Source of the DNA: Ascoidea asiatica JCM 7603
Taxonomy: Eukaryota; Fungi; Ascomycota
Assembly: GCA_001600695.1 (NCBI GenBank)
Contig: BCKQ01000007.1
Location: forward strand, 254,713-318,712
Length of the DNA stretch: 64,000 nucleotides
Direction of reading: 5' to 3'
Below are positions 1 to 10,410 of the stretch, piece by piece; positions within the stretch are counted from its first letter, which is position 1, and the number at the start of each line of letters is the position of its first letter. Made by a program: the position numbers and the translations under genes. The notes below the pieces were generated by a model, which did no database searches, was not told where the DNA came from, and saw only the letters and a list, made by a program, of their open reading frames with translations.

Positions 1-93
1 TTCTTCTTTTAGTTCTTCTTTTAGTTCTTCTTTTAGTTCTTCTTTTAGTTCTTCTTTTAGTTCTTCTTTTAGTTCTTCTTTTAGTTCTTCTTT
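1..93. repeat. 12-bp tandem repeat (TTCTTCTTTTAG)n, ~8 copies, runs off the window start
   Basis: Directly visible near-perfect array upstream of NAG1. Confidence 0.95.
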
Positions 94-312
94 TATTCAA
101 GCAACCAGCAAAGCATTTGATTACTAGATTATTAGATTACGATAATAATAAACAATGGAATAATTAATGAATAAGAGAGCCATATAATAAGTATTGACAA
201 TTAGATAATTAGATCTTTCTTATTTCTTATTTCTTATTTCTTATTTCTTATTTCTTATTTCTTCTTTCTTCAATTACATTCATTCAACCAATACCCAATA
301 CTTTTCACCAAA

Positions 313-1095
313 ATGAAATTACAAGTTTATGAAAATAGTGATATTTCTTCAAAACAATTAGCTTTATATATTATTAAAAAAATTAATGATTATAATCCAA
401 CTTTTTCTGATCCTTTTATTCTTGGTTTACCAACTGGTGATTCTCCATTAAATTTATATAAATATTTAATTTATTTTTATAATCAAAATTTAATATCTTT
501 TAAAAATGTAATTACTTTTAATATGGATGAATATTATAAAATTTCTCCAAAAAATAAAAATTCATATAATTATTTCATGTTTAAAAATTTATTTAATTTT
601 ATTGATATTCCAAAAGAAAATATAAAAATTTTAAATGGTTTAAATAATAATTATAAATTAGAATGTTTAAATTATGAAAAAAAAATAAATGAAATGATAA
701 ATTTACCAAATAGAAAATTAAAAAAAATTAATTTATTTCTTGGTGGTTTAGGTACAAATTCTCATTTAGCTTTTAATGAAATTGGTTCAAATTTAAATTC
801 AAAAACAAGAAAAATTAAATTAAATAATTCAACAATTAATTCAAATTTAAAAAATTTTAATAATAATTTAAATCAATTTCCAAAATTTGCTTTAACTGTT
901 GGAATTTCAACAATTTTAAATAATTCTGATGAAATTATTTTATTAGTTTTTGGTAATAAAAAATATAATGCTTTAAAAAAAACTTTATTTAATCAAATTT
1001 CTTCAGATGTTCCAGCTTCATTTTTAAGAACTCATCATAATGTTACAATTTACACAGATTATGATGCAGTTTATAATTTAAAATCTAAGTTATAA
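313..1095 (+). CDS. NAG1: Glucosamine-6-phosphate deaminase, with C-terminal PTS1 (-KSKL)
   Basis: Motifs ILGLPTGDSP, TFNMDEY, FLGGLG..HLAFNE, ALTVGISTIL, PASFLRTH; NagB/GNPDA family. Confidence 0.97.
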   Translation: MKLQVYENSDISSKQLALYIIKKINDYNPTFSDPFILGLPTGDSPLNLYKYLIYFYNQNLISFKNVITFNMDEYYKISPKNKNSYNYFMFKNLFNFIDIPKENIKILNGLNNNYKLECLNYEKKINEMINLPNRKLKKINLFLGGLGTNSHLAFNEIGSNLNSKTRKIKLNNSTINSNLKNFNNNLNQFPKFALTVGISTILNNSDEIILLVFGNKKYNALKKTLFNQISSDVPASFLRTHHNVTIYTDYDAVYNLKSKL

Positions 1096-1205
1096 GTCTA
1101 TTTTACTTTATATATTTTATATAATTTATATCAGAATAGAAAAAGAAAAAGAAAATATTATATTATTAAAATGAATGAAAAAAAGTGATAAGAAGATTGA
1201 TTACA

Positions 1206-2588
1206 TTACAACTTGGATTTAATATCAGTATTATCAACAACTTTATTACCATATTTATAAACTTGTTTAATATTTAAATTAAAATCAAAAATATTTAAAT
1301 CTGCATCACAACCAGAATTTAAAAAACCTTTTTTATTTTGTAAATTTAAAGCAATTGAAGGATTATTTGTAACTAATTTTATAGAATTTGGTATATTTAA
1401 ATTACACCATTTTTTTGTATTTTTTATACAATCAATTAAATTAATTAAACTACCTGCAATTGTATTTGTATCTTTAATAAATAAATGATCTTTATCTTTT
1501 TTTTCAATAATTATTGAATTACCACTATTATTATTTGCATTCCATTTATAAAAACCATTTGGTAAACCATTAACAAACATAGTATCAGTAACTAAAATTA
1601 AATTATTTGGAGATGATAAATATGATGAATTTATAACATTTGGATGAATATGAATACCATCAGAAATCATACCAAAATAAATTTTTTTTTTAATTAAATC
1701 ATTTGTACAAGAAATTAAACCAATTATTGATGGATTTCTACTATTAAAATCAGGCATTGCACTAAATAAATGTGTAATCATATTAAATTTAGAATTTAAA
1801 ATTGAATTTAAAGATTGTTTATAATTTGAAATTGAATGACCAATTGAAAAAATTATATTTTTATTTAAATTTAAATTAATTAAATTTACTGAAGTTAAAA
1901 TTCCATTTAATTCAGGTGCACAAGTTATAATTTTTATATTACCATTTTTAAGATTTTCAATACCATAAATTTCTTTAAAATCATTAATTGAAATAATTTT
2001 TTTTTTTTTGTTTTCTGAAGAAGTTGTAGCTAAAGTTATAGCATTTTTATTATGACAACCTTTTTTAATAATATTTATAAATGGACCTTCAACATGACAA
2101 CCTAAAGATTCAGTTCTATCAATAATTTTTGAATTTGTATTATTATTAGATATACCAAAAACTGGTAAATTTTTTAAATAAATTTTTTTAAAACTTGAAG
2201 GTAAAGTTGGACAAATTGAAGTTACACCAAATTTAATTAATTTTTTACAAATTCTTATAAAATTTAAATTAATTTTATTTAAATTTAATTCATCTGTTAA
2301 AAAATCTAAACCATCATAACCATTAATTTGAATATCTATAAAACCAGGAGAAATTATTAAATTATTTAAATTTATAATTTCTATAATTAATTTTATTTCT
2401 TCATTTCTTTTAAAGTTATTAAAACTTGATTCTGAGATTATTTTTCCAGATGTTTTATTTATAAATAAATCTTTTTTTATTAGTTTACCTTCATCACATA
2501 AGAAACAATTAGTAAAATGAATTAGTTGAATTTCTTCTTTAAGTTCATTAAACTCTTTTATTTCTTTATTAGATTCAACTAATGACAT
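1206..2588 (-). CDS. DAC1: N-acetylglucosamine-6-phosphate deacetylase, with C-terminal PTS1 (-KSKL)
   Basis: Motifs PGFIDIQING, HVEGPFI, KGCH, GHS, THLFSAM, DGIHIHP, LVTD, IAGS. ORF track starts at TTG 2594; first ATG is at 2588. Confidence 0.96.
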   Translation of the reverse strand: MSLVESNKEIKEFNELKEEIQLIHFTNCFLCDEGKLIKKDLFINKTSGKIISESSFNNFKRNEEIKLIIEIINLNNLIISPGFIDIQINGYDGLDFLTDELNLNKINLNFIRICKKLIKFGVTSICPTLPSSFKKIYLKNLPVFGISNNNTNSKIIDRTESLGCHVEGPFINIIKKGCHNKNAITLATTSSENKKKKIISINDFKEIYGIENLKNGNIKIITCAPELNGILTSVNLINLNLNKNIIFSIGHSISNYKQSLNSILNSKFNMITHLFSAMPDFNSRNPSIIGLISCTNDLIKKKIYFGMISDGIHIHPNVINSSYLSSPNNLILVTDTMFVNGLPNGFYKWNANNNSGNSIIIEKKDKDHLFIKDTNTIAGSLINLIDCIKNTKKWCNLNIPNSIKLVTNNPSIALNLQNKKGFLNSGCDADLNIFDFNLNIKQVYKYGNKVVDNTDIKSKL

Positions 2589-2626
2589 TTTCAAATTAAG
2601 TATCTACTAAAGTACTTGATTGATGC

Positions 2627-2660
<34 letters not shown>

Positions 2661-3164
2661 TGTAGAATATATATGGATTTCCATATATTTTTTCCATGAG
2701 TCTATATATATATACTATAGTTTAATGAACTATTTTCATTACTTATATAAGATTCATATAATAATTTAGTTATATTCTAATACACTTACTTTATCATATT
2801 AATTAGTCTAGTAAAATTTCGGATAATTTTTTCAATTATTAGTGGATTCTAAAAGCAATTAATGACATTTTTTACTTCATATCATGAATTTGAAATGAAT
2901 TTGAAATGAATTTGAAAAGATAAAAGAACAATCCAATTAGTTTTTCTGAATGAAATAGAGACTAATAATTCTAGATAATGATAAGAATAAGAAAAGCAAT
3001 AAGCAGAAAGAAAGAAAACAGAAAGAAAGAAAGAGGAAAGAAAGAAGAAAGCAAAAAGGTTGCAATTTCCACTTTCTTTTGCTAAAACGTGGATTGAGAA
3101 ATGATTGAGAAATGATTGAGAAATGATTGAGAAATAAATGAAAAATAAATGAAAAATAAATGAA

Positions 3165-3420
3165 AAATGCGCAGTGGTTTCATTTGGCAGGGAAAATAAA
3201 AAAAAGGCAGTCGGATCCAGTGAAGTGGTCTCAGCGGGTACGTCGGAAACAAAAACGGCAGAAATAATACCGTATCTGCCGAAATCACGGACAAATCGGT
3301 AATTTTGCACCGCTCACGTGCTTAAAGCATCCATTATATTGGTCTTAAACTAGTCAGCTGACTTTGTGCTATTTTCGAGACCATTTTTGCGGTGCTTTTC
3401 TTCTTTCTGCTGATCTGAGA
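3165..3420. promoter_or_regulatory. GC-rich divergent promoter core between DAC1 and NGS1
   Basis: E-box TCACGTG (CACGTG 3315-3320), inverted CGGCAGA..TCTGCCG 3256-3281, Ndt80-family-like TTTGTG 3363-3368 and TTTTTGCG 3384-3391, GAGACCA motif at 3226 and 3377. Confidence 0.7.
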
Positions 3421-3671
3421 TTGAAGAAGGAAAGTTGAAGCAACATCTGAAAACGAATCTGAAAACGAATCTGGAAGGAAGCTGGAAAAGAAGGTCAAAC
3501 GACAAGGTCAAAGATCAGAGGATAAACAAGCAGAGAATAAAGAAGTGGATTGAATATATATTCAATAATCACTTTCATTCTCGATTCAATTTAATATACT
3601 ATTGTCAATTATACCTTTTTTTTAGTTCTTTTATATGGAATTCATTTACGTTTTCTATTCATTTTCATAAT

Positions 3672-5334
3672 ATGCTTCCATACTCGATTGAATCGGATTC
3701 TAATTCAAATAACAATAACAATAACAATAACAATAACAATGACAATGACAATACTAACGCCAATACACTTTCTAATAAGAATTCTAATGATAACGCCAAT
3801 GAGAATAAAAATTATGATAAAGATATGGAATCAGATATGGATAACGTGAACTTAGCAAATTCTGGAGATATAATTCTTAATGAAATCTTAAAAACTGAAA
3901 ATGATTCAAAAGAATTAAAAGATACAAATGATTTGAATAATAGTAGTTCAAGTAAAGATTCAAGTAATAATTCAAATAATAATCAAACAATTACAGATGA
4001 TTATGATTTAATAAATAATTCTGATATTTCAATATATGCAAATGATAAAATTAAAAAAAAAATAAAAATGAATAAAAAAATTGGTCAATTATTATTAGTT
4101 GGTTTTCAAGGTACAAATATAACTTCAAATATTTCAAATTTAATTTCAAATTATAATGTAAGTACAATAATTTTATCTTCAAAAAATTTTATTAATGCAA
4201 ATCAAGTTAAAAATTTAATTTTAAATTTACAAAAATTAGCAAAATTAAATAATTATAAATATCCAATAATGTTTGCTGTTGATCAAGAAAATGGTATGGT
4301 TGGTACTTTATTTGATGAAAATTATATAACTCAATTTCCTGGTGCAATGGCTTTAGCTTCAACTAATTCAATTGATTTAGTTTATAAAGTTTCAAAAGCA
4401 ATTGCAATTGAATTAAAATCAATTGGTTTTTCAATAAATTTAGGTCCAGTTTTAGATACTGTAACTAAATTTTCAAATCCTTTAATTGGTGTTAGATCTT
4501 TTGGTTCAAATATTAATGATGTTATAAAATTTGGTATTGCTGCCTCAAAAGGTTTCAGAGATGGTGGTTTATTTTGTTTTGGTAAACATTTTCCAGGTTT
4601 AAATAATGCTGAAATTTCTTCAATTTTAGAATTACCAATAATGACTGAATCTTTACAACAATTAGAAAATTCAAATGTTAAAACTTTTAAAAAATTAATT
4701 AATTTAAATTTATTAGATGGTATAGAAATTGCAGGTGCTGCAATTCCAAATATTTCTCCAAATGAAATTTATACATGTTTAAGTCCAATAATTATAAATA
4801 ATTTATTAAGAAAAAAATTAAATTTTAATGGTGTTGTAATTAGTGAATGTTTAGAATTAGATCCAATTGCAAATTTTATTGGTTTTAAACAAGCTGTAAT
4901 TATGGCAATTTTCGCAAGATGTGATTTAATTTTAGTTTGTCATGATTATAAATTACAAATTCAAGCAATTAATGCTATGATTCAAGCAATTGATGATGGA
5001 ATTTTAAATGAAAATTTAATTATTAATCAATCTTTAGAAAGAATTATAAATTTACAAAAAAAATTACCAAATTGGATAGAAATTTTTAAATTTAATAATA
5101 TCTCAATAAATCAAAGATTAATTCATTCAAATTTATCAAAATTAGCTTATAAAAAATCAATAACTTTAGTTAGAGATTATAATAATTGTTTACCAATTTC
5201 AAAATTTTTAAAAAAAGATAAAAATAAAAATAAAATTAATAATGAAAATATTAAAAAAAATATATTATTATTAACTCCAGTTTTACAACCTTTATATCTT
5301 AAAAATCAATCTTGTTGTAATAATAATATAAGCA

Positions 5335-5391
<57 letters not shown>

Positions 5392-7454
5392 GATTTTTTC
5401 CAGGTGAAGAAGTATTTCAAGAATTTGGTAAATCTTTATCAAATTATTATAAAAATAATAAAAATTATGATTATAAAGTTTTTCATACATCATATACAGC
5501 AAATGGATTAACAAATTTTCATGAAAATTTAATTGAAAAATCAAATTTAATAATTTTAATAACTTCAGAAACTTCAAGAAATATTCATCAAATTGGTATA
5601 ACAAAATATATTTCAATATTATGTGGAGGATCAAATCATAAACCACCAAATAAAATTCCATTAATTATAGTTGCAGTCTCAAGTCCATATGATTTTTTAT
5701 ATAATAAAAATATTGGATCATGTTATATTTCAACTTATGATTATACAGATAATGCATTAGAATGGTTAGTTAAAGTTTTATTTGGTGAATATAATCCAAC
5801 AGGTTTAATACCTGGAGAAGTTCCACAAATTTCAAATTTAATTACAAATAAAAGAAAATTTAATGAAGTTAATGAAATTAATAAAGAAATTGAAAAAAAT
5901 AATGAAAATTGTAATTCAGATGATAATAATGAATTAATTGAAAATGATAATATTACAAGTATAAATAATAATGAAGAAGATGAATATAATAATAAAAAAA
6001 ATTCATTTATTTCATTAAAAAGTTTAAATATTGTACCAAAGACAATATGGTTAGTTGATGAATTAAATTTAAAAAGAGATTGGAATAATATATTAAAATT
6101 ATATAAAAATCATTATTTTCCATATTATAATAGTAATAATAGTGATAATAATGATAATATTGAAAGTAATAAAGAAGGTAATATTGATTCAAAGATATCA
6201 AAAGATATAATTGAGAATATAAATTTTGAAAAAAATTTTGAAAAATATTTTTATAAGCTTTTTTGTTTATATAAAGAAAAAAATAAAAAAGAAAATGTAT
6301 TTATAGTTAGAAATTCTAGTTTGAATATAATTTATGGAATTTTAATACTTTGGGTTGATGAAAGGTTAAAAATAGGTAGTATAATATCAATATTAGTTGA
6401 TAAAAATAAAAGAAATCAATCAATTGCACAATGTCTTTATATTAAAGGTATGAAATATTTAATTGAGAATAAGAATTGTAAAAAAATTACAATTGGATGT
6501 CCATTACCATTAATTTTTTTTTTAAATAAAGAAATTTTTAAAATAAAGAGTAACAGGGATAATAATAATAATAATAATTTAAAGAAATTTAATTATGAGA
6601 CAATAAATTTTTTTAATAAAAAAGGATGGAATTTAAATTTAAATTATTTTAATGGTAGTTTTAATAATAAATTAACATATATTTTAAAATTAAATAAATT
6701 GAATGAATGGTCAGTTAGTGAGAAATTAGTTAAAGAATTACAAGTTGTTGGAATAATGTTTGATATATGTAATGATAATAAAGAAATTTTAAAATTAATT
6801 AAAAATCAATATTTTAAAGATCCAATATTATATTCATTATATTTTGAAGCATTTAAAAATTATTCAAATGATTTTAAAGTTATTGTTGCTTTAGAACCAA
6901 ATAATAGATCAATAGTTGGTAGTATTATGGTTTTTACAAATAATTCTAAAATTTGTAAATTTTTTCCATTTGTTGATGATATTATTAATAGTGATGAAGA
7001 AGAAGATTGTGATAAAGGAAATGAAAATGAAAATAATAGAGTAACAATTGGATGTTTGAGTGGATTAGTTATAGATTCAACATTTAAAAATTTAAGTGAT
7101 ATATTTAAAATGGGATTAGTTTGTACAGCTTTAAGTTTTTTAAAAAGGAGATTAAATAATGATAATGAAAATAGTAATAACAAGGATAATGTTGATGATA
7201 ATGAGAATAAGAATATTAATAAAAGGAAAACTATAATTAGAGATTGTTTATTGATTGGACTTAAGAAACAGAATAATAATTTTACAAATTTTAAAGAGAA
7301 TGGATTTTATGAATATAAGAAATATTTTGATTATTATGATGAGAGAATTGTTTCTGAAAGTGATGAAAGTGATGAAAGTGATGACAAAGATGGGATTATA
7401 AATAAAGAGTTTATAGATGAAGAGACTATAAATGAAGGGATTGTGAATGAATAA
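3672..7454 (+). CDS. NGS1: Ngs1-type GlcNAc sensor: GH3 beta-N-acetylglucosaminidase-like domain fused to C-terminal GNAT acetyltransferase folds
   Basis: GH3 motifs KIGQLLLVGF, AVDQENG, QFPGAMA, GVRSFG, GKHFPG, ISECLE, SSPYDF; GNAT-like ILVDKNKRNQSIA. First ATG at 3672 (track start 3435 is TTG). Sits inside the NAG cluster. Confidence 0.88.
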
Positions 7455-7584
7455 TCTAATGAAACTGACGATGATAACAATACTTAATGATCTATAATAA
7501 AAGAATAAGCATTAAAAAGATTATCCAAAAGATAATCAATCAATTGTAGTTGTGGTATTGAATTAGATATATTTTTTTATCTGG

Positions 7585-7860
7585 AAACTGAGACCATTAT
7601 TGTGGTACTGCTTGGAAAAAGCGTGTGAAAGTGCGTCACGATTTTGTTCCGTGTCATAATCCGGTAAATGTTATATCACGCAAGTAAACGTACTGTAGTG
7701 GTACCATAAAGCTGGCCTCAAAATATTCTTAATTTTTTTTATCTTTACCATTACTGTGGGTCTATAATATGCGTGGCTGATGTTTGTGGCTGGCGACGTG
7801 ACATTTTTGTGAGTTTCTCAGTTTCGCGGCTGGAACTGGCACCGAAAACGAGAAATTGAG
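7585..7860 (+). promoter_or_regulatory. GC-rich upstream region of the GlcNAc kinase gene
   Basis: GC island with GAGACCA 7590, TTTGTG 7783 and TTTTTGTG 7804 (Ndt80-family-like), and several TCACG/ACGTG half sites. Confidence 0.6.
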
Positions 7861-8565
7861 AAATGAGAACGAAGCAAAGCAAAAGCAGAGCAAAATGAGA
7901 ACGCAGCAAAAACCGATAAAAGATAAAAGAAAGATAAAGACAGATAAAAAATAAAGGTGAAAGGCAAAAGAATAAAGAATAAAGGATATATTCTATCAGA
8001 CATCAAGAAGGAGAAGAAGAAAAAGAAGAAGAGCAGAAGTAAGAGATATATTCAAGAAGAGAAGAACAAAGATCATGAATACTATCCTATCATGAATATA
8101 TCAACAACAACAACAACAACAACAACAATCCAAACTTGAGCAATATCAAATCATAAATCATAAATCATAAATCATAAAATATGAAATTATGGAAATAGGT
8201 TCCAATTACTCATTCAATTATTTTATTTATCTTATTATTTATCTCTTTCATATCAACGTAGATCATTTGTAATTTATATTCATAATTATTCATAATTATA
8301 TTCATATCTTCTTAGTACCTTAGTCATAATATCACTGATTACATATTACATATTACATATTCATTACATATTATCTTATCTTCTAATAATATCTAATAAT
8401 ATCTAATAATATTTCAATATTTACATACTTTATTATTATATTGGATCAATTTGAATAAATATTATATTATTTCCTTTACTTTACTTTTATATTATAATAT
8501 ATTATAATCTTTATATTCTTTCACTTTCTCATTCTCTTACTTATATATTCACTGATTTATTTATA

Positions 8566-10098
8566 ATGTTGCAGACTGTGTTGAAAAGTGATATAAATAA
8601 CAAAGATATATCTCCAGAATTATCTCAAAATATATCTCAAAATATATCTCAGGATATATTCAATAACCAAAATAATAACAATGATAATATTGATTTCTCA
8701 AAACTTAACCCAAATATCTTAATAAATTCATTTATAAATGAATTTAAAGAATCTTTAAATTTATCTAAAAATTCAATGTTATCAACTTTTAATTTATTAC
8801 CAAATGGTAATGAAAATGGTATTTTTTTAGTTATTGATATTGGTGGTTCAACTTTAAGAATTTCAATAATTAATTTAAATTGTGAAAAAACTGAAAATTT
8901 AATTGATAAAAAATGGTTAATTAAAGATAATGAAAAATTAATTAATTTAAAATTTTTTGAAAATATTTCTTTAAAAATTAAATATATTTTAAATTTATAT
9001 AAAATTCAAAATATTAATAACCAAAATATATTTGATAATAAAAATGGTATAAATACAAGTATAACTTGGTCTTTTCCAATTTATCAAACTTCTCCAAATA
9101 ATGGGTTTATTCATTCTGCTGGTAAAGGTTATAAAATTTCAAATGAAACAAAAAATAAAGATATAAATTTATTATTAAAAAATTCATGTTTAAAATTAAA
9201 TATAAATTTAAATATCTTAGCAATTTGTAATGATTCAATAAGTGTTTTATTAGCTGGAAAATATTTTAATAATAGTAATTTAGCTTTAGTTTTAGGTACT
9301 GGTATAAATTGTTCTTTTTATTTAAATAATATTCATTTACCAAAATTTAAAAAAATATCATATAGCAACAATTATAATAACACTAATTCCAGTTTGGCAA
9401 TTATAAATACTGAATTATGTTTCTTTGGTGGTAATCAATTATTTAATTTTAAAAATAAATTTGATGAAATTATTGATAATCATTGGTCTTTAGATTTATC
9501 AAATAATTTAAAACCACATTTAACAATTTCTGATTATGGAATTTTTGCCCCATGTGAATTAATGACTTCTGGTAGATATATTTGTGAATTAGTTAGATTA
9601 AGATTAATTCATTCAATTAATAATAAAATTTTATTTAATGGTAATTTTCCAAAAAATTTTAATCAAAATTTTGAATTTAAAGGTGATGTATTATGTTCAA
9701 TTTATGATAATAATGATTTTAATTTATTTTTAAAATATTATCCTTTTGAAATTAATTCAAATTATATTCTTACCAATAATGATTTGATTTTAATTAAATC
9801 AATTATTAAATTAGTTCTTGATAGAGCTATATTCATTGCAGGTTCTGCTTTAATATCTTTATTACAATTATATGATCATTTTAATCAAAACTCCAATTCC
9901 AATAACAATAATATACAAAATGATATAATATCAATAAGTTATGTTGGTTCATTTTTACAATATTTTAAATCTTATAAAAAAGATTTAGAACAATTTATTA
10001 ATAAATATTATCATAATAAAAAAGTTGTTCTAACTTATGTTGATAATAGCAGTGTTTATGGTTCTGCAGTCGCTGCTGCTGTTAATTTATCTCAATAA
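8566..10098 (+). CDS. HXK1: N-acetylglucosamine kinase (hexokinase family, Candida HXK1/NAG5 type)
   Basis: Motifs VIDIGGSTLR, TWSFPI.Q, GKGY, CNDSISVL, LVLGTGIN, INTE, MTSGRYI.EL.RL, SVYGSAVAA; position in the NAG cluster. Confidence 0.9.
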   Translation: MLQTVLKSDINNKDISPELSQNISQNISQDIFNNQNNNNDNIDFSKLNPNILINSFINEFKESLNLSKNSMLSTFNLLPNGNENGIFLVIDIGGSTLRISIINLNCEKTENLIDKKWLIKDNEKLINLKFFENISLKIKYILNLYKIQNINNQNIFDNKNGINTSITWSFPIYQTSPNNGFIHSAGKGYKISNETKNKDINLLLKNSCLKLNINLNILAICNDSISVLLAGKYFNNSNLALVLGTGINCSFYLNNIHLPKFKKISYSNNYNNTNSSLAIINTELCFFGGNQLFNFKNKFDEIIDNHWSLDLSNNLKPHLTISDYGIFAPCELMTSGRYICELVRLRLIHSINNKILFNGNFPKNFNQNFEFKGDVLCSIYDNNDFNLFLKYYPFEINSNYILTNNDLILIKSIIKLVLDRAIFIAGSALISLLQLYDHFNQNSNSNNNNIQNDIISISYVGSFLQYFKSYKKDLEQFINKYYHNKKVVLTYVDNSSVYGSAVAAAVNLSQ

Positions 10099-10410
10099 TC
10101 ATACTTTTTTCATTTTCTAATTTCGCTTAATGTTTTTACGCTATTTTTATTCCTTTTTTTTGTTTTTTTTCAATTTTTTTTTGTTTTTTTTTGAATGTAT
10201 GTTCTATAGACAGTTTTCATTTCTTTTCTTTTCTTGATTTTAAAATTTTTTTGTTTTATTTTCCTACTAGCTTTTAATGTTATATTTCATTGATTGATTT
10301 CATTTTTGAAAAATTTTGATTTGATTTTGAAAAATCGAAGTTATCATTGTTCTAATTATGATTCTTATATTGATTATATCTCAAGGTTTATTTTTATCTT
10401 GATTATTTTT

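Noticed and set aside
1-93. 12-bp array as a telomeric repeat or CRISPR-like array
   Set aside because: No G-rich telomeric character and no spacers; one of many similar promoter-proximal minisatellites.
10096-10200. Cryptic PTS1 on the GlcNAc kinase by readthrough or splicing
   Set aside because: Stop is TAA in a non-leaky context, and I see no nearby in-frame SKL-like end or intron signals.
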